The notes under the pieces: model-generated
Database searches by the model: none
Told to the model about the DNA's origin: nothing
What the model saw: the letters and a program-made list of their open reading frames with translations, nothing else
Source of the DNA: Thermodesulfobacteriota bacterium
GTDB lineage: Bacteria; Desulfobacterota_D; UBA1144; Nemesobacterales; JAJCZQ01
Length of the DNA stretch: 64,000 nucleotides
Direction of reading: 5' to 3'
Assembly: GCA_965215275.1 (NCBI GenBank)
Contig: OZ244044.1
Location: 64,001-128,000 of the forward strand
Program-made: the position numbers and the translations under genes
In this document: in pieces, positions 19,950-30,083 of the stretch
Layout: each line of letters begins with the position of its first letter
Position numbering within the stretch: the first letter of the stretch is position 1

Positions 19950-20987
19950 TTAACCTGACCGTTTTTCACTGAAATTATTAATATTCTCCAGAATAGAACT
20001 GATAAGTCTGATAGTGCTTTCTATATCGTCTTTATATGCGATGGAACTCGGACTGTGCATATATCTGGTGGGAACCGATATTGCTGCTGCACGGCATCCC
20101 TTGCCTGTAACCTGCATTGCCGTGGCGTTGGTACCGCCTACTTTTTTAACTGTGATCTGACAGGGTATTTCCTTCTTTTTTGCGGTCTCGTTTATAAAGA
20201 AAGAGAATTCTCTGTCTGCTATCAGGTATCTGTCAGATAGCCTTATTTCCGGTCCTTTGTTTACGTTTGCCATTGATTTATTTGCCGGTATTCCTGGAAC
20301 GTCCATTGCAACGGTGCCTTCCAGGGCAATAATAAAATCAGGTTCTACGACTGGGGTTATAAGCCTTGCACCTCTTAATCCTATTTCCTCCTGCACTGTT
20401 GCGGTGACAAAAAGGTCGCAATTGATATCAGGACCTCTTTTCAATGCCTCGATTATGATAAAAAGTCCCATTCTGTCGTCCAGTGCTTTTGAAATAACCG
20501 AATCTTCCGTTTCCACAAGTTCAGTACTGAAGGACACGTAATCCCCTATACTGACCAGGCTCTTGACCTTATCGGCAGATAGTCCGACGTCAACCACACA
20601 GTCCTCGATCTCCGGAACTTCCTTATTATTGCCGCTTTTGCTTACATGAGGAGGGGTAGCCGCTACCATACCGGCAAGTGGTCTTTTACCCCATATCGTC
20701 AGTCTCTGGGCATAGTAGACCCGCGGGTCCATACCTCCCATGGGGGTAAGGTTTATAAATCCCTTATCGTCTATATAATGGACCATAAAGCCAACCTCGT
20801 CCATGTGTGCGTCAAGGACCAGTTTACGACCTTTTCCCCTTACGTGTGCAATGACGTTCCCCATTGCGTCTGTGGAGATGTCCTTTGTGAAACCTTTAAG
20901 TTCTTTAATTACAAGGTCGCGTATAAGACCTTCTCCTCCGGGCATACCCGGAGTATCGCATAATTCCTTCAGCAGTTTTATGTTCAT
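19950..20987 (-). CDS. M42 family aminopeptidase
   Basis: DAHMDEVG, KALDDRMG, TVQEEIGLRGA and RYMHS motifs. Confidence 0.93.
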   Translation of the reverse strand: MNIKLLKELCDTPGMPGGEGLIRDLVIKELKGFTKDISTDAMGNVIAHVRGKGRKLVLDAHMDEVGFMVHYIDDKGFINLTPMGGMDPRVYYAQRLTIWGKRPLAGMVAATPPHVSKSGNNKEVPEIEDCVVDVGLSADKVKSLVSIGDYVSFSTELVETEDSVISKALDDRMGLFIIIEALKRGPDINCDLFVTATVQEEIGLRGARLITPVVEPDFIIALEGTVAMDVPGIPANKSMANVNKGPEIRLSDRYLIADREFSFFINETAKKKEIPCQITVKKVGGTNATAMQVTGKGCRAAAISVPTRYMHSPSSIAYKDDIESTIRLISSILENINNFSEKRSG

Positions 20988-21072
20988 TTGGCCCTTTATT
21001 ATAACTTACAAACTATGTATTTCCAGAAAGTTAATTGATTTGAGGGGGTAAAACCTCTACTATTTTAACGAT

Positions 21073-22434
21073 ATGGGTAAAAAGATCAGTTCCAATACCA
21101 GTTCTTCTCTGTTCCTGCAGCCTGAGTCGACCAAACCTCTTGCTGAAAGACTGAGACCTGAAAAGCTGGAAGAGGTCGTTGGTCAGGATCATTTGATCGG
21201 AAAAGACGGAGTGATTAAAAAGATGATCGATGCAGGTGCGATCCAGCCCATGATCTTCTGGGGTGCCCCGGGTACGGGCAAAACTACCCTTGCCCGTATT
21301 ATAGCGGACCAGGTTAATGCCGATATATACCATATAAATGCAATATCCTCGGGAGTTAAAGATCTGCGGGAGGTAATTGAAAAGGCCAGTGAATCGATCC
21401 TGACGGGTAAAAAGACCGTTCTGTTCGTAGACGAGATACACAGGTTTAACAAATCGCAGCAGTCAGCTCTTCTGAAGAGCGTGGAGGATGGGACCGTGGT
21501 GCTCATTGGTGCCACTACCGAAAACCCGTCCTTTGAAGTCATTTCTCCGCTTCTGTCAAGGTCTCAGGTCTACACTTTAAACCCGCTTAATGAAGTTGAT
21601 CTGAAAGAGATATTAGTTCGTGCTTTAAAAAGTATATTTAAACAGGGAGATAAGAGCGGCAGCAGGCACGTTGAGATAAAAATAGATAAGAAGGCGGAAG
21701 ATGAACTGATCAGGCTGGCGGGTGGAGATGCGAGGGTAATGCTCAATGCCCTGGAAGTCGCGGTTTGTACGGTCCCTGCTGATAAAGATGATGTAACAGC
21801 AATAGATCTGGGTATGGTAAAGCAGGCTTATCAGACCAGCAGATACAGGTATGATCAATCCGGTGAAGATCATTACAACACCATTTCAGCTTTTATAAAA
21901 AGCGTAAGGGGCAGCGACCCCGATGCTTCGGTCTATTATCTGGCAAGAATGCTGGAAGCAGGTGAAGACGTTAAGTTCATCGCAAGAAGGCTTATAATCC
22001 TTGCCTCGGAGGACATAGGGAATGCAGAACCATATGCCCTCACTCTGGCAACCAGCTGCTTTACCGCGGTAAACTACGTTGGGTTACCTGAAGCGTCTTT
22101 GATACTGGCTCAGACTTCCACATATCTTGCAAGTTGTCCAAAAAGCAACGCTTCCTGTCTGGCAATTGGAAAAGCCGTTAGTGAGGTCAGATCAAAACCT
22201 AACCTGGAGGTGCCGATGCATTTAAGGAACGCTCCTACTAAACTTATGAAGGATCTGGGATATGGTAAGGACTACAGGTATTCACACAACTACAAGGGAC
22301 ATTTTGCGGACCAGGATTTCCTTCCTGATGAACTGGCGGACAGAATATATTACGAGCCGACTGAAATAGGACGTGAAGCCTCGCTCAAAAAATACCTTGA
22401 AGCCAAATGGAAGAAGAGACGAAAGATAAAGTAG
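21073..22434 (+). CDS. rarA: Replication-associated recombination protein A
   Basis: PLAERLRP, WGAPGTGKTT, DEIHRFNK, KSVRGSDPDA and ASEDIGNA motifs. Confidence 0.96.
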   Translation: MGKKISSNTSSSLFLQPESTKPLAERLRPEKLEEVVGQDHLIGKDGVIKKMIDAGAIQPMIFWGAPGTGKTTLARIIADQVNADIYHINAISSGVKDLREVIEKASESILTGKKTVLFVDEIHRFNKSQQSALLKSVEDGTVVLIGATTENPSFEVISPLLSRSQVYTLNPLNEVDLKEILVRALKSIFKQGDKSGSRHVEIKIDKKAEDELIRLAGGDARVMLNALEVAVCTVPADKDDVTAIDLGMVKQAYQTSRYRYDQSGEDHYNTISAFIKSVRGSDPDASVYYLARMLEAGEDVKFIARRLIILASEDIGNAEPYALTLATSCFTAVNYVGLPEASLILAQTSTYLASCPKSNASCLAIGKAVSEVRSKPNLEVPMHLRNAPTKLMKDLGYGKDYRYSHNYKGHFADQDFLPDELADRIYYEPTEIGREASLKKYLEAKWKKRRKIK

Positions 22435-22557
22435 CTTTGATTGGGAACCGTAATGATACTGATGGTATTTAATGATAAGACCGTAACGGACCCCGATTGA
22501 TGAAAATACCAGAGCGGTTAACATATTCAGCGAGTTTTCCAGACGGCGTAAAGGATC

Positions 22558-23598
22558 ATGAAAGTAGGAGTTACCGGAGCAACGGGGTTTATTGGTGGAA
22601 GGTTATTAAGAAGATTGCTGAGCGAAGGTCACAAGGTCAAATGCCTCGTAAGGAACCAGGATAAGGCCAGGCTCGTTGAAAGGATCGGGGCTGAGGCATA
22701 TACAGGAGATCTTTCCGACCCGGCGAGTCTGGAAGGTTTTCCTCAGGACTGCAGGTACATCTATCACGTTGCTGCACTTGTATCTGAATGGGGTAAAAAA
22801 TATGACTTCTATAGGAACAATGTGCAAGCTACAACGACCTTGCTGGAAAGTTCACAAAAACATGGTGTAAAAAGGTTTATCTTTGTCAGTTCTTCCACGG
22901 TCGTCTGGACGGTGAGCTTCTGGAAAATGCACGACCTCAGGGATATAGAGGAGAGCTATCCTTATCCTGAAAAATACACCGACCTGTATAACGAATCCAA
23001 AAGCATGGCAGAAAAGCTGGTGCTGCGTTTTCATAGGGACAACGGTCTGGAAACGGTCGTGATAAGACCATCGAACGTCTGGGGTGCAGGTGATAAGGTT
23101 ATCCTTCCCAGGATTATCCAGGCGGCAAGGAAAGGATTTCTTATACGGATGGGTTCCGGAAAGAACGTTATAACTCCGTGTCACGTTGATAATCTTGTTG
23201 AGAGCCTTGTTCTGGTAACAGAGAAGGATAGCGCAGCGGGAAAGGTCTATTTTATCAATGATGGAAATAAGGTGGAATACTGTGATTTTCTAAAGGACCA
23301 GCTTCGCGCCGCTGGAATAGACTGGGAACCAAACTACCTTATTCCTTATAAACTTGGCTATCTTATTGCTCTGTCCATGGAAATGCTTTATAAACTCATA
23401 AGGTCACAGTCTCCACCGGTCTTAACGAGGTTTGCCGTTGCCGCGCTTTCCGGCACAAGGAGCTACAGTACCGCACGGGCGGAAAAGGACCTTGGGTATA
23501 GGAGCGTAGTGGACTATAAAGAGGGAATGGAAAAGCTCAGGCAGTGGATAGGCAGCGATACGGGACCGGGGGCAGGGGGCTCGTTCTTAGATGGTTAA
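22558..23598 (+). CDS. NAD-dependent epimerase/dehydratase (3-beta-HSD-like extended SDR)
   Basis: TGATGFIG and YNESK motifs. Confidence 0.9.
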   Translation: MKVGVTGATGFIGGRLLRRLLSEGHKVKCLVRNQDKARLVERIGAEAYTGDLSDPASLEGFPQDCRYIYHVAALVSEWGKKYDFYRNNVQATTTLLESSQKHGVKRFIFVSSSTVVWTVSFWKMHDLRDIEESYPYPEKYTDLYNESKSMAEKLVLRFHRDNGLETVVIRPSNVWGAGDKVILPRIIQAARKGFLIRMGSGKNVITPCHVDNLVESLVLVTEKDSAAGKVYFINDGNKVEYCDFLKDQLRAAGIDWEPNYLIPYKLGYLIALSMEMLYKLIRSQSPPVLTRFAVAALSGTRSYSTARAEKDLGYRSVVDYKEGMEKLRQWIGSDTGPGAGGSFLDG

Positions 23599-24298
23599 AA
23601 ATGATGATACTGCCGTACGGGTCCGTGGATTGAGTAAATCCTACGGTTCTTCAAGGATCTTAAGCGATATGGACCTGGAACTTCGAAAGGGGGAGTCTGC
23701 AGTTCTTTTTGGTCCTAATGGTGCAGGTAAGACCACGCTCGTAAAAATACTTGCAGCACTTATAAAGCCGGACGCCGGAGAAGTGTATATAAATGGCCGT
23801 AGTTTGAAAAAAGAACCGCAGGAAATAAGAAGGACGGTAGGCGTTGTTTCTCATGAGCATTTTTTATATTACGACCTTACAGTGGCGGAAAATATGAGGT
23901 TCTTCGGCAGGCTTTACGGAGTTGAGGAACTGTCTGAAAAAGTAGACCTCAGCCTTCAGGGTCTGGGTATCCATTTCAAAAAGAACGAACTTGTAAGGGA
24001 CCTCTCAAACGGAATGAAACAGAGAGCGTCAATAGCCAGGGCCATGTTGCATGAACCTGATATACTGATGTTCGATGAGCCTTTTGCAGGACTGGATAGT
24101 GAAGGTGTTTCTTTTCTGATCAACGTTATTGAAAGATCCAGAAAAAACAATAAAACCGTTATTGTTACCACACATAATTCAGATTTAGGATTAAAGATCT
24201 GTGATGTGGTTCTCATGCTGGACCAAGGCAGGGTGAGGTATAAAAGACCGGCTGGTGAAGTCAGTTCGGACCAGTTAAGAACGGGAGCAGGCCTTTAA
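23591..24298 (+). CDS. ccmA: Heme ABC exporter ATP-binding subunit
   Basis: GPNGAGKT, LSNGMKQR and FDEP motifs; first gene of the ccm cluster. Confidence 0.9.
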   Translation: MVKNDDTAVRVRGLSKSYGSSRILSDMDLELRKGESAVLFGPNGAGKTTLVKILAALIKPDAGEVYINGRSLKKEPQEIRRTVGVVSHEHFLYYDLTVAENMRFFGRLYGVEELSEKVDLSLQGLGIHFKKNELVRDLSNGMKQRASIARAMLHEPDILMFDEPFAGLDSEGVSFLINVIERSRKNNKTVIVTTHNSDLGLKICDVVLMLDQGRVRYKRPAGEVSSDQLRTGAGL

Positions 24299-24398
24299 CG
24301 TTCTGGCGTTGTGTTTTTCAAAACAAAAGCTAAAATTAAACGGCACTGGACCGGACTGAAAACCTTTATTGATCACACCCGGTTGTGTCGGATAAAAT

Positions 24399-25070
24399 AT
24401 GAACAGTATTACGACCATACTCTGGAAGGACATTGTAAGAGAAATGCGTACCAGGGAGATGCTCTTCTCAATGGTGGCTTTTTCGGTCGTGGTGGTTGTG
24501 CTGTTCAGTTTCAGTATAGACGTTACCAGTAAAAATGCCGCTTTTCTTGTTCCCTCACTTTTATGGGTATCAACGGTATTTGTCGGAACTTTGGGTCTGA
24601 GCAGGTCGTTTGCAGTGGAAAAGGAAAACGGTGCCATTACGGGCGTTCTTTTAAGCCCTGTTGACAGGAGCTTTTTATATTTTGCAAAAGTTCTGAGCAA
24701 CTTTCTTTATATTTTAATAATACAGCTGTTACTTACGGCACTTTTTATCCTGCTGTTCAATATAAACGTCAAAGGCGGTTTTTCAGACCTGCTGCTGGTA
24801 CTTGTGCTGGGAGGTATAGGTTTTTCCTCTCTTGGAACGCTTTTTTCCACAATGGCCATAAATACCAGGCTGCGAGAGATGATCCTTCCAGTTATACTCT
24901 TTCCCTTACTTTTGCCCGTTCTGGTAAATGCAATAAAGGCAACGTCAGTAATTTTAGCTGGCGGGGCTTTTAGTGAGGTTTTTGTTTTTTTAAAGATAAT
25001 GATCAGTTTTGATATAATTTTTCTTGCAGCGAGTTCGCTTGTTTACGAGTACGTGGTTGAGGGGTCATAG
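24399..25070 (+). CDS. ccmB: Heme exporter permease CcmB
   Basis: Multi-TM protein; SFAVEKENG and LPVILFPLLLPV motifs. Confidence 0.92.
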   Translation: MNSITTILWKDIVREMRTREMLFSMVAFSVVVVVLFSFSIDVTSKNAAFLVPSLLWVSTVFVGTLGLSRSFAVEKENGAITGVLLSPVDRSFLYFAKVLSNFLYILIIQLLLTALFILLFNINVKGGFSDLLLVLVLGGIGFSSLGTLFSTMAINTRLREMILPVILFPLLLPVLVNAIKATSVILAGGAFSEVFVFLKIMISFDIIFLAASSLVYEYVVEGS

Positions 25071-25077
25071 TTACCAG

Positions 25078-25728
25078 ATGAGGATCATACTGTATATATC
25101 AGCTTTTATATTGATGCTCTTATCCACCTGGGCAGCGTTCATTTATGCTCCGACCGAGTTGAAAATGGGGGATATACAGAGGATATTTTATTTTCACATG
25201 GGATCGGTCTGGGTGGCAACTATTGCGTTCACAATGGTCTTTATATCAAGTATTGCCTATCTGATAAACAGGAAAAGAGAGTGGGATATAAGAGCTTATG
25301 CATCCGCCGAGATAGGGGTCGTGTTTATCACGATAACGATAGTAACGGGAAGTATCTGGGCAAAGCCCGTGTGGGGTACCTGGTGGACCTGGGACCCGCA
25401 GCTTACCACGACGTTCATATTGTGGATACTTTACTGTGTCTATTTATTGATACGTGCAAATTCAGGTTACGATGAAAAAAAAGCCAGATACTCTGCCGTT
25501 TTTGCCATTATTGCATATATAGACCTTCCCCTGGTCTATATATCAGCAAGGGTCATGCGAGGTATTTCTCCGGTTGTATTTGGGCCCGGGGGCGGAGGGA
25601 TCGAACCTGAGATGATGCACACCCTTTTACTTGCATTACTGGCGTTTACCCTTTTATTTATAGTGTTAATAGCAGAGCGGATAAGAATAGAAAAGGCCAG
25701 GTACAAGATCGATCTGCTGGCAAATTAA
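25078..25728 (+). CDS. ccmC: Heme exporter CcmC
   Basis: IFYFH and WWD domain WAKPVWGTWWTWDP; start set to ATG 25078. Confidence 0.94.
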   Translation: MRIILYISAFILMLLSTWAAFIYAPTELKMGDIQRIFYFHMGSVWVATIAFTMVFISSIAYLINRKREWDIRAYASAEIGVVFITITIVTGSIWAKPVWGTWWTWDPQLTTTFILWILYCVYLLIRANSGYDEKKARYSAVFAIIAYIDLPLVYISARVMRGISPVVFGPGGGGIEPEMMHTLLLALLAFTLLFIVLIAERIRIEKARYKIDLLAN

Positions 25729-25740
25729 GGAGGTTTTATA

Positions 25741-25857
25741 GTGGGATATCTTTTCTGGGGTCATGCGGCAACCTGGATAATTATAGTCCTTTACACGGTC
25801 TACCTGATAAGAGAGACGAAAAAACTTGAGCAAAAGCTGGAAGATATTGAAAAGTAA
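25741..25857 (+). CDS. ccmD: CcmD (38 aa)
   Basis: RBS AAGGAGG plus GTG; MGYLFWGHAATWIIIVLYTVYLIRETKKLEQKLEDIEK (TM followed by charged tail); lies between ccmC and ccmE. Confidence 0.8.
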   Translation: MGYLFWGHAATWIIIVLYTVYLIRETKKLEQKLEDIEK

Positions 25858-25867
25858 CAGAACTAAC

Positions 25868-26302
25868 ATGTTAAAGAACAAACTGAAATTTATCGTTGCG
25901 ATCGTAATAATAATAAGCACTTTAAGCTATCTTGTGTTTGCAGGCGTGAAGGACACGATGGTCTATTACCTTACCGTAAGCGAACTTAAAGCCAGGGTCC
26001 CTTCCGTCTATGGAACCAGGGTGAGGGTTTCCGGTGCCGTGGTTCCCGGTACCATTGAAAAAAACGCCGACAGGGACCTTAAGTTTCAAATAGCCGATGA
26101 CCGTGGCAGCATTGACGTTGTTTACAGCGGGATCGTGCCCGATATATTCAGGGACGGAGTTGAAGCGGTCGTGGAGGGGGAGTATTTCAGCAATAACCAG
26201 TTTGAGGCTGATGTGCTTCTGGCAAAATGTCCAACGAAATATGAGTCGGACGAGCAGCTTTATGATCTGAGTGGAAAAATGGTTGATGTGGCAGATAGGT
26301 AA
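25868..26302 (+). CDS. ccmE: Heme chaperone CcmE, CxxxY variant
   Basis: YYLTVSE, VPDIFRDG and LLAKCPTKY motifs. Confidence 0.93.
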   Translation: MLKNKLKFIVAIVIIISTLSYLVFAGVKDTMVYYLTVSELKARVPSVYGTRVRVSGAVVPGTIEKNADRDLKFQIADDRGSIDVVYSGIVPDIFRDGVEAVVEGEYFSNNQFEADVLLAKCPTKYESDEQLYDLSGKMVDVADR

Positions 26303-28259
26303 CGTCTCCATTTATTTTGCTTTTTTTCTTTCACTTTACACTGTAGTGGCTTCACTTGCAGGAGTGAGGTTAGGTAGCACGGACCTGCTGAAAAGCAGCA
26401 GGAACTCTGCCTTGTCGATCTTTGTTCTACTGCTTATAGCCTGTTTTTCGCTTGTCTATGAACTTACCCATCTGAATTTCTCACTGAGATACGTTGCACT
26501 TAACACAAGCACGGACCTTCCCGTGATATACAGATTTACGGCACTCTGGGCCGGACAGTCAGGTTCATTACTGCTCTGGTGTTTTATTCTGTCGATCTAT
26601 TCAGCAATAGCCGTTTTCAGACCTGGTAATAAATATCTGTCCTTTGATCCTTACGTTACAGTGGTGCTCTTTTCCATACTTACCTTTTTTCTGTACCTGA
26701 TCACTTTTACTGAAAATCCCTTTCAAAAAGCCCCTTTTGTTCCAGAAGAGGGAAGGGGGCTGAACCCGATATTACAAAACGCCTATATGGCGATCCATCC
26801 CGTAACTCTTTATCTGGGATATGTTGGATTGACGGTTCCTTATGCCTACGGAATGGCCGCACTGCTGAGCGGAAGACTTGACGATACATGGATCAGGAAT
26901 TCCAGGAAGTGGACACTGTTTGCCTGGACGTTCCTTAGTATTGGATTGATACTCGGTGCAAGGTGGGCGTACCTTGAGCTTGGATGGGGAGGTTACTGGG
27001 CATGGGACCCGGTTGAAAATGCGGCTTTTATGCCCTGGTTATCTGCAACGGCTTTTCTGCATTCGGTTATGATCCAGGAAAGGAAAGGAATGCTGAAAAA
27101 GTGGAATATAATACTGCTTATAATTACTTTTTTTCTAACGCTTTTCGGCACTTTTATTACAAGGAGCGGTATAATATCCTCGGTCCATTCCTTTGCCCAG
27201 TCGGATATAGGTCTCCCGTTCCTCTCTTTTATAGCCTTTGTACTTATTTTTTCATTTGCAGCTTTTGTCTACAGACTGAAAAGCCTTGAGGAGGAGGATA
27301 GTTTTGATTCCATTCTTTCAAGGGAAAGTGCCTTTATATTCAACAATCTGCTGTTCTTAGGGGCAGCTTTCACGGTGTTTATCGGAACACTGTTCCCCAT
27401 TATCTCCGAAGCGCTGGCTGGGGAAAAGATCCTTGTCGGACCGCCGTACTTCAATAAAGTAAACGTACCAATAGGGCTTGTTCTTATTTTCTTAATGGGA
27501 GTTGGTCCTCTTATTTCATGGAGAAAGTCTTCCGTGGACAGCTTACGGAAAAATTTTCTTGCCCCGGTCCTGGTCGGTATTTCAGTAACGGTGGTTTTAT
27601 TTGTTTTAAATATCAGGGACGCGGTCGCTTTGATAACGTTCGGTATATGCGGTTTTGTCGTCACTACGGTCTTTGCTGAGTTCTGTAAAGGGATTTCAGT
27701 AAGGATGAGCAGAAATGAAAATATGCTCACGGCGTTTGCGATGCTGATCTCCAAAAACAAAAGAAGGTACGGAGGGTATATAGTTCATCTCGGCGTCGTA
27801 TTGATCGTAATAGGTATAACTTCTTCATCAACGTTCAATGTAGAGAGGAAGGTGAGCGTTAGAACGGGAGAGAAAGTAGAGGTCGGAAAATATGAATTGA
27901 GATTCAGGGGTCTTGAAACTTACGATAACGATGCGAAAAGCGGCACCAAGGCCATTCTTTCCTTAACCCATGGTAACAGGAAGGTCGGGGAGCTTTATCC
28001 TGAAAAGAACGTTTATAAATACGAAGGGAACAGAGAGATCAACCAGGAAACCGAAGTGGCTTTGCGGTCCACTCTGACCGACGACCTGTACGTTATACTT
28101 TCTGACGTAATAGATCAGAACAATGTTGTTTTAAGGATTTTTATAAATCCGCTGGTGAGCTGGATATGGGCTGGCGGCATAGTGGTGGCTTTTGGTGCCG
28201 CCGTAGCCATGATGCCTGCGTTCAAAGGCAGAAAGGTGCGCGGGGTGGTAGCCGAATGA
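26286..28259 (+). CDS. ccmF: Cytochrome c heme lyase CcmF
   Basis: WAGQSGSLLLW, WAYLELGWGGYWAWDPVENA and SVHSF motifs; start may be 26271 or 26286. Confidence 0.97.
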   Translation: MWQIGNVSIYFAFFLSLYTVVASLAGVRLGSTDLLKSSRNSALSIFVLLLIACFSLVYELTHLNFSLRYVALNTSTDLPVIYRFTALWAGQSGSLLLWCFILSIYSAIAVFRPGNKYLSFDPYVTVVLFSILTFFLYLITFTENPFQKAPFVPEEGRGLNPILQNAYMAIHPVTLYLGYVGLTVPYAYGMAALLSGRLDDTWIRNSRKWTLFAWTFLSIGLILGARWAYLELGWGGYWAWDPVENAAFMPWLSATAFLHSVMIQERKGMLKKWNIILLIITFFLTLFGTFITRSGIISSVHSFAQSDIGLPFLSFIAFVLIFSFAAFVYRLKSLEEEDSFDSILSRESAFIFNNLLFLGAAFTVFIGTLFPIISEALAGEKILVGPPYFNKVNVPIGLVLIFLMGVGPLISWRKSSVDSLRKNFLAPVLVGISVTVVLFVLNIRDAVALITFGICGFVVTTVFAEFCKGISVRMSRNENMLTAFAMLISKNKRRYGGYIVHLGVVLIVIGITSSSTFNVERKVSVRTGEKVEVGKYELRFRGLETYDNDAKSGTKAILSLTHGNRKVGELYPEKNVYKYEGNREINQETEVALRSTLTDDLYVILSDVIDQNNVVLRIFINPLVSWIWAGGIVVAFGAAVAMMPAFKGRKVRGVVAE

Positions 28260-28606
28260 TCAACTTGGTCATATTGATAATATCTCTTGTGATCTCCCTT
28301 TTTGTGATCATGCCACTCGTGAGAGGACTGATCACAGAGGATAGCGTCGAACGTGATAAAAAGACGTCTTCAGACGGTTCATACAAAGAAGACCTTTACG
28401 ACCTGGAGAGGAAGAAAGATCTGATAATCAGTGAGATCGTGGACATTGATTTTGACTACGGGCTTGGCAAGTTGAATCATCAGGACTACAATGAAATTAA
28501 GGAAAAGTACAAGCTCAAGGCGGCGGAGATATTAAATCAGATCGATAAGGTAAAAAAAGTCGGATCTCGTAACGGCAGGTCGGATAAAGGCAACAAAGGG
28601 ATGTAG
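28256..28606 (+). CDS. CcmI/CycH N-terminal-like membrane protein
   Basis: ATGA overlap with the ccmF stop; TM followed by EIVDIDFDYGLGKLNHQDY. Confidence 0.65.
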   Translation: MINLVILIISLVISLFVIMPLVRGLITEDSVERDKKTSSDGSYKEDLYDLERKKDLIISEIVDIDFDYGLGKLNHQDYNEIKEKYKLKAAEILNQIDKVKKVGSRNGRSDKGNKGM

Positions 28607-28685
28607 GAGGCTGGTTCAGATAAATATCTGTCCGCACTCTTGTAAGTCATAAGATATAAAAAACCTTGAGAAAATACTGCCGGTA

Positions 28686-29933
28686 ATGATGAAGAAAGGT
28701 CTTATATGTAAAGTTCTGCTTTTGCTTGTTCTGCATGTATATACGGATCATTCCTTTTCAGATGAACTAAGAGGCAAATGGCTGTTTGAAGACAGGAACT
28801 GTACCAGATGTCATACAATAGGCAGGGGAATATTTGTAGGTCCGGACCTTTACGAAATAGGCAAAAGGTACGATAAGGATGATATTACAAGCTGGATTAC
28901 CGACCCCGGGGTAATTTATCAGAAGGCTGGTAAAATGCCTGTGAATGAAGGTTATCCTCCGATGCCCAGGCTAAATGTCCCTGCTTTGGAAGCCGAGGAA
29001 ATAACCAGGTTTCTGCTTAACAATCAGATTAAAAAGACCGACAGGACGGGCGGCACTATAACCGGGAAGGTTAATAACAGAACGAAAGGTGATATCATCG
29101 TTGAGGGTGCTGACGTATATCTCAGGTCTTTTATGGGTGATAAAAAGATGGATGAGAAGCTGTCCATTTCAAATGAGGAAGGGGAATTTAGCTTTCGTAA
29201 TTTGAGATGGGACAGGAGCTACAGCTTGAGAATAAATTCAAACGGCGTGGAGTATGAAACCGCGAGAATGGTTTTTCCTCCTGATAGAGGTGTAATTGAT
29301 CTGGACCTGCCAGTTTATGACTTGAGCAGTAATGATTCAGGCATAGTAGTAAATGTTAACCATCACGTTATAGAAGTGGAGGATAAGGCTGTTTCCGTTG
29401 TGGATATATACCAGTTTGAGAACACGGGAAACACCATCTTCATGGGTAAAAAGGAACCAGAGGACGATTTTAACAAGACCATCAGGCTGAACGTTCCTGC
29501 AAAAGCCGAGAATATCAATTTTATGCAAGGGATCGAAAAGGAAAACGCCGTGAGAGAAGACGATGTGGTATATGATACTGCTGGTTTTCCGCCAGGAACA
29601 AAAAGAGTGGTAGTTGCTTATAAATTACCCTTGGGTTTTGGAAGAAGTAAACTGAAGAAGTCTTTTCACTATGATACCAGATCCGCTGTTGTGATAGCCA
29701 CGGAGTCAAGCAACGTTAAAGTGGATGGATTAGGTGATATGAAAAACGTTTCCTTGGATGATCAAAACTACCGGCGGTGGATCGGTAATGATATAAAAAA
29801 GGGGAAGGATATAAAGATAAGCTATTACAGTATGCGATTGGAACTCAATAAAATAGAAATTTATCCTATAATCATCTTTATATTGCTACTTCTGTTTGCA
29901 TTTTTATTCAGAATTAAAAAGAAAATAAAATAG
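28686..29933 (+). CDS. Membrane-anchored c-type cytochrome with Ig/carboxypeptidase-regulatory-like domains
   Basis: Signal peptide, CTRCH, GPDL, distal Met (PPMP), beta-rich domains, C-terminal TM. Confidence 0.8.
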   Translation: MMKKGLICKVLLLLVLHVYTDHSFSDELRGKWLFEDRNCTRCHTIGRGIFVGPDLYEIGKRYDKDDITSWITDPGVIYQKAGKMPVNEGYPPMPRLNVPALEAEEITRFLLNNQIKKTDRTGGTITGKVNNRTKGDIIVEGADVYLRSFMGDKKMDEKLSISNEEGEFSFRNLRWDRSYSLRINSNGVEYETARMVFPPDRGVIDLDLPVYDLSSNDSGIVVNVNHHVIEVEDKAVSVVDIYQFENTGNTIFMGKKEPEDDFNKTIRLNVPAKAENINFMQGIEKENAVREDDVVYDTAGFPPGTKRVVVAYKLPLGFGRSKLKKSFHYDTRSAVVIATESSNVKVDGLGDMKNVSLDDQNYRRWIGNDIKKGKDIKISYYSMRLELNKIEIYPIIIFILLLLFAFLFRIKKKIK

Positions 29934-30068
29934 TTTTATCGTGAGGTAATAACAACTGACAGATTGTATTAGTTTTGTTGATGTAATATAGTTTTGACAA
30001 GATATAACTCATGTGATACAACTACCTTGTAAATGTTCTGAGATTTTAAATTTATAGACAATTACGGA

Positions 30069-30078
30069 GGGGGGGGGG
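30069..30078 (+). repeat. G10 homopolymer within the ribosome-binding site
   Basis: CGGA-G10-TAATT-ATG, directly upstream of lipoprotein copy 2. Confidence 0.9.
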
Positions 30079-30083
30079 TAATT

